DNA of 64,000 bases, from NCBI RefSeq assembly GCF_009914755.1, contig NC_060927.1; one strand, given 5' to 3'. The stretch is from the human T2T-CHM13v2.0 reference genome, Homo sapiens. The position numbers were made by a program, and so were the translations under genes. The notes beneath the pieces are model-generated. The model saw only the letters and a list, made by a program, of their open reading frames with translations, was not told the origin of the DNA and did no database searches. Positions 39,680-54,358 of this stretch are shown here, one piece after another. Positions within the stretch are counted from its first letter, which is position 1, and each line of letters starts with the position of its first letter.

Positions 39680-40085
39680 GGACTGTGGTTCACTTTGCTT
39701 CGAGAGCTCTTTCCCAGAGACACACGGCTCTCCCCCTCACTTCCTTCATGTCTTTGCTCAAATATTCTTTTTTCAGGAAGCTCTTCCCTGACCACCCTGT
39801 TTAAAATTTAGCTCCCCACCTTTCTAACACTAGCCTGTGCCCAGGAAGTCACTCTCTTTCCTTCCTTCTTCTACTTCATTTTTCTTCTGAATTTCTATGA
39901 ACATTGGGTAAAGTATATAGTCTTCTCATTTACTTTGTATAATGTCTGTTTCCCTCCATTAGAATATAAACTCCGCAAGTACAGGGATATTTTCTTTTCC
40001 TATACTGGCTCTTTTTCTACTATTGGGTACCCAGAGCCTAGGATAGTGCCTGACATATGGTAGCCATCCAAGAAAAACTTAACGA
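39680..40085 (+). mobile_element. L2a LINE 3' end
   Basis: CTCACTTCCTTCATGTCTTTGCTCAAAT..TTCCCTGACCACCCT..TAGAATATAAACTCC..CCTAGGATAGTGCCTGACATATGG. Confidence 0.85.
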
Positions 40086-40428
40086 CTAAAAGTGATTTCA
40101 CTGACAAGGTGCTGTAGCAAAATTAAAGATGATGCTAACATTGTAAAATATTGACTACCACTCCAGTATGGTGTAGCAAACCTACAGATCAACTAGTCCA
40201 AATAAGAGGGGGAGGAAGAAGTCCACAAAAGAAAATTTCCAGAAAACAAAACTCAGAGCAATATCTGATTAAATATAAAATTTTTGGGGTGGAAAGAAAT
40301 TGAATGTATGATAAAGATAGTGCAAAAAATAAAAGCAAAGAATTAGAAACTTTGGGGAAGATTATAAAGGAAAAGAGGCATAATCAAAATATATTAGTAG
40401 GTATTGCAAAGCAAAATAATTCTATAGA

Positions 40429-40999
40429 TGGTGGTGGAAAGACAGCAAGATGGCTCACAATTATTCTTGTCTCCTAGTACTCATGGTTTTGTGTCATCTC
40501 CTTCCCTTGAGGCAAGAACTGTGATTTGCTTCTAACCAATAAAAAATGGCAAAAGTAACAGGATGCTATTTCCATGGTTATATCACATAAGATTGTAATG
40601 TCTGTCTTGTCAGCTGACTCTATCCCATCCTGGCTTTGATGAAGTAAGCTGCTGTGATGCAAACTGCTCTCTGGAGAGGTGACAAACCTAAGGCAGGCTT
40701 TGGACAATACCTAGGAAGAAACTGAGACCCTCAGTCCTACAACCTGCAAAGAACCAAATTCTGCCAACAACCAAACAACCATATGAGCTTGAAAGCAGAT
40801 TCTTCCTGAGCTGAGCCTTGACAGAAGAATACATCTCATACCTAAGTCTTGATTGCAGCCAGATGAGAGACTCTGAAGCAGAGGATTCAGCTACTCTGTG
40901 CCCAGACTCCTGACTCACAGAAACTGTGAGCTAACAATGTATGGTATTTTAAGCCACCAAGTTTGCGGTAATTTGTTATGAGCAGTAGATAACTAACAT
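40429..40999 (+). mobile_element. MLT1E/F-like MaLR solo LTR
   Basis: TTGCTTCTAACCAATA..AAACTGAGACCCTCAGTCC..TTCTGCCAACAACC..CACAGAAACTGTGAG..TTTTAAGCCAC..GTAATTTGTTA..AGATAACTAA. Confidence 0.85.
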
Positions 41000-43093
41000 G
41001 CTGCTACAATAATTTCGATACTTTTCATTAATTTATGTCTTTGAGAATCAGTCTACAGACAGAATACAAAGAAGAATGGATATGAAAATGCAACAGTATT
41101 TTAAGTCTTTTCAAACTCAGCGTCGTGAAAGTAAGAAATTGGGGTGTGGAGTGGATGTGGGAAGTAGAGAAGAAATGGTAGGTAATAGTGCTTATAGGTT
41201 CATTTTATAATGTGAGGAGTCAGCTTTATGTAACAAGGAATAAAGGCGTAGATCTATTATGTAAATTTACAAAAGGAAAAAAGTGGGTGAAGTAAAAATA
41301 TTATGAATAAAGAAGATGGGATACTTTGAGTGAACCAAAGTAGCATTTCTCAGGGAAGGAAGTTAATAGAATGCTACATGATAAAGCAATATGGTAGAAA
41401 CCTGTTAGTGAGATAGCTGGAAGTAACTAGCAGTAGAAACAACGACTAGAGTTGAAAGTAGTTGCCTCTTGTCATAAGAGAATGAAGCAATAGGGTGTTA
41501 ATTTTCATTTTCCCTATAAACTAGGTCATTTGAAACCTTATATATATTTTACTTTAAAAATTATAATGAAAATAAATACACAAAATGTGAATTATATTAT
41601 TTAAATCATAAATTAGAAACAAAGAGTATTTGTTATTTATTCCAAAATATCAATTCTGGCTTTCTGGCTCACTGACATTTTCAGGATTCTCCCCTGCTTT
41701 CTAAATATTTTTTTGCCTTATTTTTCAATTTTGCTGATGATACAAATAATACATGTTCACCTTAAATAATTTTAAAAAGTGTAAAGACATTGTAACTAAT
41801 ATATAATATCTGACATTCTACCATTGTGGAATAATTACCATTGACATTTTGGTGAATATTTTTTCTTGCTTCTATTTCTGCACCCTTAAAACATACTGCT
41901 AAGTCTAGTCTCGAACTCCTGGTTTTGACATCTACCAGCCTTATTTTTAATCTCATTTTCATTAATGGGATTATATCATAATATCACTTTTAATATTGGA
42001 TAGAATACTCTTCCTCACTTCATATTTTCCATCTCTGCTTGTATATTTATTTTGCATTTCTAAGAAATTATGCATATTAATAGACAGTTGTGTGTTGATT
42101 TCTCTATTGTTTCATGATTGTATAATTGAGGTAATGCATGCAGATAGTCGATCTAAATTTCTATTACTGAATATAAAAATTTATTAGTGAAGCAAATTAA
42201 ATACTATATTAATATATATCTACATATAATTCCATGTAAAGACAATTTGTGGCTAAGAAGAAATTATTCTATGCATATATGTAAATTAATACACAGGTAC
42301 ACTCACATACACACCATCTCCTTGACCTGAAAGACAGCAGTCTCAACCATCTGAAAGATTGCAATCAATCAGGAGGGAGGCCATTACGATTATCATCTAT
42401 TCCAATAAATATCATAAAATTTGTATACTTTATTTAGATCCCATTAAGTTTCATTTTATCTACATTTATTTTAGGCACAATTCTAATAAACTTGGTTATA
42501 TGATTTCAAGCATATTAAAAGCAAAATCTTGAAGATGGTTATAATAGAATACTATACCCACCATATACAACCTATCAATTAGCATAGGAATTTGACTCTA
42601 ATTAATGTTAGGGCTTATACTCCTGAATGATCTTTGAAAATCTGAGAGCCCATTAAAAAGAACTGATGTTCAAATGATGATCCCATGTCATCAAGGAAAG
42701 GTTACATTATCTTCAGCTTCTTTTGCTTAAAAAGAAAATCAATGAAAAGTTTAAAATGATTTCAGAAAAATTTGAATTCAAAGGACTGGCATTTAACCAA
42801 AGTTCTTGTTGCTTTAATTTATAACTATCTTGTCATCACCATCACCAGTAAAAGCAGCAGCCACAGCAGCATCATAATTTTTATGACCCTTTTAAAGCAT
42901 CTATTTGCAAGGTATGCTGGAAGCTACTTAACATTTTAGCTGAATTAATCCAACAACAACCTTAGAAAGATATTGTTATGCTTATGTTCAGATAAAAAAC
43001 AGGTTAAAAAAATGATAAGAAATGATGGAGTTCACTTTGGGATACACTGAGTTTGAGGTGCCATAAAGAGACATTCAGGAGATTTCAATAGGC

Positions 43094-43120
43094 AAGAAAG
43101 AAAGAAGGAAAGAAAGAAAG

Positions 43121-43175
<55 letters not shown>

Positions 43176-43189
43176 AAAGAAAGAAAAGA
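43094..43189. repeat. (GAAA)n tetranucleotide microsatellite
   Basis: Directly visible, ~95 bp. Confidence 0.97.
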
Positions 43190-43227
43190 GGTGACTTGCC
43201 TAAGTTCTAGGCTTCTGCAGTAAATTT

Positions 43228-43767
43228 TTTTTTTATTTTTTAATTTCTAATTTTTGTGGGTACATAGTAGGTGTACATATTTATGGGGTGTATGAGATGT
43301 TTTGATACAGGCATGCAATGTAAAATAATAAACTTATGGAAAATGGAGTAACCATCCCCTCAAGCACATATCCTTTGTGTAACAAACAATCCAATTATAC
43401 TCTGTTATTTTAAAATGTACAATTACGTTTTATTGATTATAGTCACCTTGTTGTGCTATCAGACACTAGGCCTTATTCATTCATTCTAACTATTTTTTGT
43501 ACCCATTATCCCTCCCCAACTCCCCTTCACTACCTTTCCCAGTCATTGGTAACCATCTTTCTACTCCCTATCTCCATAGGTTCAATTGTTTTGATTTTTA
43601 GATCCCACAAATAAATGAAACCATGTGATGTTTGTCTTTGTGCCTGGATTATTTCACTTAACATAATAAACTCCAGTTTCATCTGTGTTGTTGCAAATAC
43701 ATGGATCTCATTCTTGTTTATGGCTGAATAGTACTCCATTGTGTGTAAGCACCACATTTCCTTTATC
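43228..43767 (-). mobile_element. L1MA1-3-like 5'-truncated LINE-1 3' end
   Basis: GGGTACATAGTAGGTGTACATATTTATGGGG..ATACAGGCATGCAATG; TSD CTGCAGT(A/T)AATTT at 43215-27 and 43768-80. Confidence 0.9.
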
Positions 43768-43889
43768 CTGCAGTTAATTTGAATGTATGTTTACTTTCTG
43801 AGCCTATGCTTGCTCCTCTGTTCACTCTTTAGTTTCCTTCATATCTATGGATTCAATGAACATATTTATTCAGAGAACATACACATTTA

Positions 43890-44930
43890 TATTTCTATTA
43901 AAGACTGCTCCTCTAAACTCTAGATTCATATGTCTGATGCCTATTGAAATCTCCTGAATGTCTCTTTATGGCACCTCAAACTCAGTGTATCCCAAAGTGA
44001 ACTCCGTTAACGCCTGGTTCGCTCCCAGTGTCACTTATCTCAGTGACTAGCATCACCATCCATCCTGTTACACAAAGCAGGAGATCAGGAGTCAGTCTGG
44101 ACAGTCCTGACAATCCCCCATTCCTCAGATTTCTTATCCAACCCACCACCAAGTTACATCAAATAGTACCTTCTTAACATATCTTCTTCGTCTTCACCAC
44201 CACCACCTCCCACAGTCTAAGCTGCCATAATCAATTCCTTGCTCAACTATAATTGCCTATTCACGGGTATACCTTTTCCTATTCTAGTCTCCTTGAGGCT
44301 TAAGATTTTACTAGAGTGATCTTTTCTTAAAACGTTTTTAATCATGTCACATCTTAAAGCATATTTAATCATGGCGTATGTCTGATTAAACAAACCTTCC
44401 CACTGCTCTTAGGATAAAGGCAAAACGTGTACTCACAGCCTACAAGGCCCAAATGATGTTGGCTCTGCCGACTCCTCTAGTCTTATTTCTCACCACACTT
44501 TCTCTATCTTTGTTCTCAAGCTGCCTGGCTCTTCCTTTCAGTCCCTTTTCTTTATCTTGCTCTCTCTCACCACAGGATATGTTTTCCTTTAGTGTGGCCA
44601 GCATCTATCTTCTTTCTTTATCTGGTTAACATTTGTCTTTCTTTAATTTCAACACAGTGCTCTTTTTCTCATGGGAGCCTTCCTTGATCTTCCTGACTAG
44701 GTCAAATTCCCTGTACAGACTTTCATAGCACACATACTTCTTTTTTGTTTCACTTGCCGCATTTGAAATTTTACATTTATTTGTATGATTATTTTATGTA
44801 TGTCACTCCTGTTAGGTTGTAAAATTTATGAAAGAGGGACATTCTGTTGTTACTCACCATTGCAACCTGTGTCTCTGATACTACCTAACTCATCATGGAA
44901 AGTGCCCAATACTGAATGTTGTTGAAAGAA
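43890..44930 (+). mobile_element. L2 LINE 3' ~1 kb
   Basis: GGCACCTCAAACTCA..CACCATCCATCC..GCCTACAAGGCCC..GAGCCTTCCTTGA..TTGTTGAAAGAA. Confidence 0.85.
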
Positions 44931-45134
44931 CCAAACTCTAAGAATGCTACACTACTTATTTTAAAAACTTTGTTCTCTGAGCACTCCAAAGTGGCAGATT
45001 CAATGAGTGTGCACACCTGACTATAGAGCAGGCAATATTGATGAATTGTTAAGAGGATTGTTCATCTCAATCAGATACTAGGAAAAAAAGCTATAGAGAA
45101 GGCAAGAAAATGAGAAACTCATCTGCTAGGATCA

Positions 45135-45736
<602 letters not shown>

Positions 45737-46816
45737 ATATATGTCTTCCTTTCTTTAATTCCCAGTCAATTCGTAAGCTCAGTTTCCAAATCAGCTACTT
45801 AAGAGAACATGTGCCTTTTTTTGGCTGCTGTCTCAAAACATCATGTTTCAATTGGGAAACAGAGGGGAATTAAAGGCATCCAAATGCTCAACTTCTGGCT
45901 TTGATTAGATTATTCCTCGTTGTTCTATAAATAGTTATTTAAAAGCATAACAAGCAAGCACATGAAAAATAAATAAAACTGAAAACTAACTCTTTAAAGG
46001 CACAAGAGTTTGTCCAAACAAAATTGGTTAAATGAAAAAAAATTAAAAATTAACTCAACTCTCTGATATTCATGTCAAAATGTGAAACTTGTTTTTGTCT
46101 GAGGACATAAACATAAGTACTTACTTTAATTCAGAATAAAGTCTATGACAAGCGTGTTTCTCTTATATTTACAAATGCTATCAATTTATGAGCTGTGACT
46201 TGAGTGGATGGCAATGGAGAACATGCCAAGTGGATTGGCATAAATTTAATAATTTAATGCAAAGATGATTATATCGGTTTAGAATATTGAGTCAATTATT
46301 TAAGAAAATTTACAAATTGTAATCAAAGTGGTAAAAAAAAGTCTAGCGGTCTGATTAATTACTCCAATCTACTAATTAGGTAACTTTTAAATGTTCTCCA
46401 ATGGCTTATGCAAACATGAAAAACATTCCAATTTCTGTTTCTTCTGTGTTCCAAACAATGCAATTATTGAAGCCTCAGTTCTAAATTTTCTTTATGTGAT
46501 TGTAAGTTTACAGAGTAGACCTGAAAAACTCCTCTTTTAAAGTTATCCATACATTCTATTTTCTCTGTTTATAGGAAGATATTGTATGGTTGTGGATATT
46601 CCTGTGGACACAAGCTAGACAAGTGGGACCCACTAAACCTCTGGCTTGCGAACTTGGAGAATGAGGAAAAGAGGACATTTGTCACATCAAGAGAGCAAAT
46701 TAAATGAGATAGCAGTTGAAAAAAAATCTGGCATGTATTAAGGATTCAATAAATATTAGCTTCTTTCCTTTCTTTTAAATATTAGTCTTGACAGATGATT
46801 GTATTAAAATGTAGAG

Positions 46817-47128
<312 letters not shown>

Positions 47129-47909
47129 TTATATATGATTATGAGTCAACATTAAAAGCAACACTTCACAGGGATCAACCAAAAATATTTTACAAATTAA
47201 CACCTACAAAGCATTTTTATCACTGTAATCAATTCATTTCTGTTACATGAAGAAAAAAGCTATTATTCATTAAAACATAATAAAGTGCTGCAGTTAGAGC
47301 AGTCATCCTCAGTCTGCATTCATTTTTCTTGCAGAAAAAACACTGATTCTCCTGAAGAACAGGAAAAAATTATATAAGTAGGCATAAAGGAAGGAAGAAA
47401 TAAAAAGTATGAGGTGTTAGGTAATTTTATTCCTAGTACGTTCATTGTTTTTTTTTTCTCCCAGATCTTACTTCTTAATTTGACGCCAGAGATATTCTGT
47501 TTTTCACATTTGTGAAGAGAGAAAGGAAAAATAAAATTATTTCTACAGTATCAATAGTGTCCTGATACTAAAAAAGGCCATCATTACATCCTTTTTGGTG
47601 TGTATCATATTTCAAAAGCAAAGTGATCATTATTATGTCGAATCTTCTGTTATCCCCTGCTTTAAGACCTTAAATTCACTTCATATATGTGCATTTGTAC
47701 ACGTGAAAATGCACTCTAAACTTTTCAATATAAGTCAATATCAATACTATTATTTTCTTGCTTCATGCACCTCAAAATTAATACTGAAACATTACATTCT
47801 GCTTAGTGCCTCTCTGATGTTCAGTGTTTCACTTGTAAAAAAAAAAAAGCTACCAAAGACATAAAAGTAAAGAAAAAGGAAGCAGAGAAATAAAAGAAAA
47901 AGTGTTAAG

Positions 47910-47912
<3 letters not shown>

Positions 47913-47945
<33 letters not shown>
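47913..47945. repeat. (TG)n microsatellite
   Basis: Directly visible. Confidence 0.97.
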
Positions 47946-47947
<2 letters not shown>

Positions 47948-48041
47948 TTAGAATCTGATTCAGCTATAAGGAGAATAAGAAAATCATAGAAATAAACAAA
48001 AACTCAAGAATTTAATCAAGTGCCAAATCCACCTTGTAGGG

Positions 48042-48456
48042 TGATATTGTTTGGATCTATGCCCCACCCAAATCTCATGATCAATTGTAATCTCGTGTTG
48101 GAGGTGGGGCCTGGTGGAATTCATGATTGGATCTTGGAAGCAGTTTCTCATGAATAGCTTATCATCCCCTCAGTGCTGTTCTCACGATTATGAGTGAGTG
48201 AGTTATCGTGAGATCTGGTTGTTTAAAAGTGTGTAGTATCTCCCCACTGTCTTCCTCCTGTTCCAGCCATGTTACATGTGCCTGCTTCCCCTTCACCTTC
48301 CACCATGATTTTAACTTTCTCGAGGCTTCCCCAGAAGCAGAAGCTGCTACGCTTCCTGTACGGCTTGCAGAACTATAAGCCAATTAAACCTCTTTTCTTT
48401 ATAAATTACCCTATCTCAGGTATTTCTTTACAGCAATGCTAGAATGGACTAACACA
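48042..48456 (+). mobile_element. MSTA-like MaLR solo LTR
   Basis: TGATATTGTTTGG..CCCAAATCTCATG..CCAATTAAACCTCTTTTCTTTATAAATTACC..GGACTAACACA; TSD TAGGG/CAGGG. Confidence 0.92.
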
Positions 48457-50185
48457 CAGGGCCACAAATTTTTAACTCCAATTCTATAAATAAGTATAAT
48501 CTTATATCTAAACATCAGTATTAAAATAGACTTTTGTTGAATTTTAGTGTAAATACGTTTATTTCAAATAAAATGAAATCACATATATTCTTATGTTTCT
48601 TTACCCATATATTGAAAATTTTGTGGCTTTTTTTCTAACCATTTATTATCCATAATAATAGTATAACTCAAGGATTAAATTAGTGTAGGGCCCTGATTGC
48701 AGGCAACAGCTGTTATATCAGGTTGTCTCTGGTCATTAGATTTGGCTTATTGATTACTCAGGGATACTTCTCATACACCTGTACTTCTTACACATTTATA
48801 GTAGCCCAGCAGTCACTACATAATGGGACCATTCTTGACACTTAGCTTTTTTTCTGCCTCTGCTTCACTCTGTGTTTGGATCTACTATCCTTCCATCTTG
48901 CTACTTCTGCTTAATCGTGGCTTTACTGCCTCGTAGCATCTACCTACCCTCTTCCTGGGTATTTTTCAGTTTTATGATATTCATATGCCTGTACTTGTGC
49001 ATGTACATGTACATGTGTGTATCTAATTCTAAGGATATGAGAGTAGAAATGTTTTAATCTGTTAATCATCATTTTGGTAGTAATTATGCCAGCACATACA
49101 AATAGCTATTTATAACTTAGGCCCTCGCCTCAACGCCATTCAGTGGATATCATAATGATAGTATCTGTATGTAAAGAATGATCTGCTATTGCTTTTACCA
49201 GAATAAATCTGAGGCTGTGGTGAGCACTCATGGCCATGACCTGTCTAATATAGTAGCATTTATATATTTCATGAATTCTAAACATTTTACAAGTTGATAG
49301 GGCCATGCTATGTAACCTACATAATTTATGGAAAATTCTACTTTGTCTCCTAGATGTCCTTGAAGTTAGAAGCACTTAGGAAAACTTTTGCTTTGAGTGC
49401 ATTGTATAGGACCACATTAACAGGTAAGTAATTAGATATCTACTGATCCTGTTCATTTGAGTTAATGCAGCTCTTGCTAGAAACTGAATTCCTGACTGTC
49501 AAGTCCATTGCATTTGACATACTAGTATATATACCACCCTCTCTAATTTTATTAAGTACAGTTTTAATAAATTAAGATAGTTTATGTTTATGGAAATGAT
49601 AATAATACATTACATTGGTAGTAGTTCATTCTACCTTGGAGAGAAAAAGTAAACAAATGAATATATAAATGAAACAATTATTTTATAAAGCTTTAGAGAG
49701 CCTAAGCCTGTAATTCTATATTAATTTGTGATTACAAATCTGTAAAAATGAATTAAAAGTTATGGAGAAGTCCAATAACAAATAAAACAATCTTCTGTAG
49801 GAGAAATGCTGAACAATTACAATTTGTTGCCTGAAAAGGTAAAAGTCAACTTCATAAAAATGGAGCAGGGCAAACATAATGAATATAGATTATTTGCCAA
49901 ATCCCACAAGTACAACTTGTTCAAATGATGTTATCCAAACAGTGGATACAGATTAGAAACATGTGTAAGTTGAAAAAGGTTTTGGTAATTTTCTGGAAGG
50001 TAAAATAATTGAAGATGATGCAAGGATGTTTGAAATTATACATATATAGTAAATTTCTGATTTTGATTTTAAAAACTGTTCTGAGTATAAAAATAACACA
50101 TTGTCATTGTAAGAAATAGAATTGTAGAAAATAAACACAGAAGTAAAATTAAAATAACCTACTCTCAAGTGTAATTACTTCCAGG

Positions 50186-50188
<3 letters not shown>

Positions 50189-50219
<31 letters not shown>
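50189..50219. repeat. (AC)n microsatellite
   Basis: Directly visible. Confidence 0.97.
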
Positions 50220-50221
<2 letters not shown>

Positions 50222-50617
50222 TTCACACATAATATATATATGAAATTAAATATATAATTTTGAATCTTTTAAAAATTCAACATGACACCATAATTTTTCT
50301 GTTATCGAAAAATACTCCTTATAAATATATTTTTAATCTCACCATATTTCAATAGAGTGTAACTTTTTGATAAATTTCATAGTTTTTGATTATGAAACTA
50401 ATCTTTTTATGTTTGTCATTGATTTATATTCATTTTGTGAGAATTGTTTATTCATAAAATTATTCTTGTTTTCCACTGGTCATCATCAATAATTTTTTAG
50501 AATATTATAGTTTCAGATCATAGAAAAAAATTCGACATCTCATAAAATTTTGGACCACTGAAACAACTCTGCACTGAAAAGATGTGGTAGGATAAAATCT
50601 GACTGAGGGAAGTTAAT

Positions 50618-50621
<4 letters not shown>

Positions 50622-50660
<39 letters not shown>
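50622..50660. repeat. (AC)n microsatellite
   Basis: Directly visible. Confidence 0.97.
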
Positions 50661-50664
<4 letters not shown>

Positions 50665-50667
50665 TGC

Positions 50668-51163
50668 TGTATTAGGGTTCTCTAGAGACCAAACAAAACC
50701 AATAGAATATATGAACACATACAGAAAGAGATTTATTATGAAAGATTAGCTCACTTGATCGTGGAAGCTAGGAAGGCCAATGATCTGCTGTCTGAAAGCT
50801 GGGGGCTCAGGAAAGATGGTGATATAGTTCTAGTCTAAGCAGGGAGTCAGTGGTATAAGTCCAGTTCAAACCTGAAGGCCCAAGAACAAGGAGCAGGAAG
50901 TCCTAGGGCAGGAGAAGATAGATGTCCTAGATCAATCAGAGACAGCAAATTATCCCTTGCTCCATTTTTTGTTCTACTGCGGCCCTCAATAAATTAAGTG
51001 ATGCCCATCTTCATGGGTGAGAGCAATCTTCTTTACTTAGTCTACTGATTCAAACGTTAATCTATTCTAGAAACACTCTCACAGACACATCAAGAAATAA
51101 CGTTTTACTAGCTATCTGGGCAACCTTTAGCCCAGTCAAGTTGACACATGAAATTAACCATCT
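50668..51163 (-). mobile_element. MLT2B-like ERVL solo LTR
   Basis: TGTATTAGGGTTCTCTAGAGA..GAGATTTATTATG..GGGCAGGAGAAGAT..CCCAGTCAAGTTGACACATGAAATTAACCATC. Confidence 0.88.
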
Positions 51164-51164
51164 C

Positions 51165-51169
<5 letters not shown>

Positions 51170-51214
<45 letters not shown>
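51170..51214. repeat. (CA)n microsatellite
   Basis: Directly visible. Confidence 0.97.
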
Positions 51215-51216
<2 letters not shown>

Positions 51217-51261
51217 ATATCGAATATTTAAGGAAACAGAAAAGTCAACTTCTCTGACTCA

Positions 51262-51779
51262 CTGTTGTAATATATTTCACATTCATCAAAGCACCCTTTC
51301 GTGTCAACTTCCTTCCAGGTAATTTTAGCAAATGCTGGTGGTACCCTGTTCATATTCCCTTATTTCTTTGAAGCTTCCCCCATCCACTATGGCTTTCTAT
51401 TTCTCTCTCTGCATAAAAGTTTTGTATATCCTTTGAGCCTTCTTTGTCCGTACAGAGGAGTCAAACCAGAAATGCCAGGGAGTTAATGCTCCATGAGTAA
51501 CCTTCAGGCAATGAGAAACAAGAGCTCATGTATAACATTCCAGCTTCCTCTCTCCTTAGTGAGAAAATTATGTTTTGTTTTATGCACTGTTTCACAGGGT
51601 CCCTTCATGCAGAACTTCTCACAGACAATGGGTAACTCCATTTATTGATGCACTTTTTATTGGTCCTCTTCTCTTCTGTGCTTTACTTCTGTACCCTCTC
51701 ATTGTATTTTCCTCAAATAAACTACTTACACCCAAAATCTTGTCTAAGGGTCTCCTTTTGCAAGAACCAAATTAAGATA
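51262..51779 (+). mobile_element. LTR16-like ERVL LTR
   Basis: CCAGAAATGCCAGGGAGTTAATGC.. and 3' end CAAATAAACTACTTACACCCAAAATCTTGTCT..GAACCAAATTAAGATA. Confidence 0.7.
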
Positions 51780-51786
51780 GTCGTAA

Positions 51787-52439
<653 letters not shown>

Positions 52440-52659
52440 ATAGGTCTTTGGAGAGAACTGGAAGTTTTAGACCGTCAAATTTAATGCACAAAGAACTACC
52501 TACCTGTGGCTTTATTATTGTTATTTTTTTCATCATTATTTTTATCAGGACTTTTTTTTTCACTGCTCATCCCTCCCCTGATGCTGATGTAATGAGGCAG
52601 CCTAGTGCTTACGAAGGAGACCTGAAATAGGAATATACAGATGCACATTTACCCTGTCT

Positions 52660-52790
52660 CTATCGCCTAAATTTTCAGCCTCAGTTTCATCATCTATAAA
52701 ATAGATGTAAAATACTTGCTTTTCTAGCCTTCTAAGCTTTCTGCAAGACTTAAATTGGATTAGAAAGAGTGTTTTCTATGCAATAGTTTA
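52660..52790 (+). mobile_element. MIR SINE
   Basis: AGCCTCAGTTTCATCATCTATAAAATAG core. Confidence 0.7.
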
Positions 52791-54139
52791 GGAGCTGACA
52801 AGAACTGATATCAAGTTTATGCTTGAGCTTTAATCTCCAACTCACACGTCCTTTGCTGTTAATGTGTTTATGCATTTGGTAACTTTACCTAACATCCTTT
52901 AGAGTACCATGTGTTGAACTTCAGGACTTGAACTCTATGAACGTTATTTATATTCTGCTATAGATGCACAAGAGACCAAACAGTTAACAATCACTGGTTG
53001 TTAACTGGTGCTGAGAGAAAAGTTCACTTTGTGTTTTCCTCATGGGCATCTTTGCAGCAGTAAGAGCTTCAACTACAGTTCTCCCCCAAAGGAACCTGTC
53101 TAAAACCTGAACTCTTCTTATAATACTTGATCAATCAGGAAGTTCGAAACACACAGTTCTTCGACTTAAGAGCGGCTAGGGGAAGAGCTCTGTTAACCAC
53201 ACCATTGTGGAGCCGGAAATTCTTGCTTCCTCTAGAAGCAGCCATCTGGAATCACTATTACTAAAGCAGAGAGATCCAATTACAAGTATATATTTGTCAG
53301 GGAAACGCCTGACAGCTTTTAAAGGAAACTCTATTCTATGGTGCCAAGGCCTGGCCAGGTTTACCTGCGGAAAATAAGTCAGATACAAAGGCATGATCTG
53401 TACCGCAGAAACGAAAAGGAAGGAGAAATGGAAATAAAATAGACCTCTATTTTTATTATTCAGATTGTTTTTATATAGAATGATACGTTTACCATGTTTT
53501 TAAAAAGATTATAGAATATGTTTTCTTCCGTAGCAGAGAGGGAGCAATCAAGCTCAAATTACAAAGCGAGGAAAAAGATGAAAGTTTAGAAACCCTTAGA
53601 ACTTTGCTAATGTACAGACAGAAGCTGAGGAAGGCTGAAATACAGGAAATAATGATTACTATTTGTGTTCTCTTTCATAGTTTCCACTTTGGTTAAACTA
53701 ACTGGAAGGAAACAAATGATTAGGTTACTTGTGTCATCACTTACATCAGTCGTTGTATTTTTGAAAAAAAAAAAAAAAAACAATAAAAACCCAACACATC
53801 ATTACCGTTTCCCATTCAAGGAGAATGGGAATCATTGCTGTATCTTATTCCATGTCACAAGCTGAATAGTTTTGTTGCAAAGACAGGGGAATATTGAAAT
53901 AAGCATAATAGTTTAATCATAGAAGTGGTTGTGAATTTTTTTTTGGAGACCAGAGGTTATAGATCACAGTAAACAAAATATCATCTACGGAACTCTCTCT
54001 TCATTCCCACCTTTGTTCCTCTCTGTTCCCCTGAATGAATGCTCAGAGTATCATAAGGATCATCATTACAAATGCACAATCTTTTGTATGGAATTTTCAT
54101 TTTTTTCTTTATGAAGTATTCTCATCCTTTCAAAGAGAG

Positions 54140-54260
54140 CCCTGATCAAGCCCTTTTTAAAAACAAACAAAATAGAAATAGTGTTGAGTATCTGCCATGT
54201 GCTAACCATCAGGCTGGACATCATATCCATTAACTTACATTCATGTAAATTAGTGGTTAT
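54140..54260 (-). mobile_element. MIR fragment
   Basis: TTGAGTATCTGCCATGTGCTAACC..CATTAACTTACATTCAT. Confidence 0.5.
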
Positions 54261-54358
54261 TACTTGGTTTCCTTTTCCCTCTATTCCCTTCCTACTTAGA
54301 GTGTGCAGCACAAACTTTAGCACTTAACTGTGGCATCTCTATTGTTTAATTTTTTCTA

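Larger units (their letters stand above)
42885..43810 (-). mobile_element. MIR SINE interrupted by an L2-like fragment plus (GAAA)n and by an L1MA
   Basis: AATCCAACAACAACC..CAGATAAAAAAC | GAGGTGACTTGCCTAAG | TTTGAATGTATG..GAGCCTATGCT. Confidence 0.55.

Noticed and set aside
39459-39791. 110-aa ORF with protein-like composition
   Set aside because: Non-ATG start, runs into an L2 element, no recognisable domain or convincing exon boundaries
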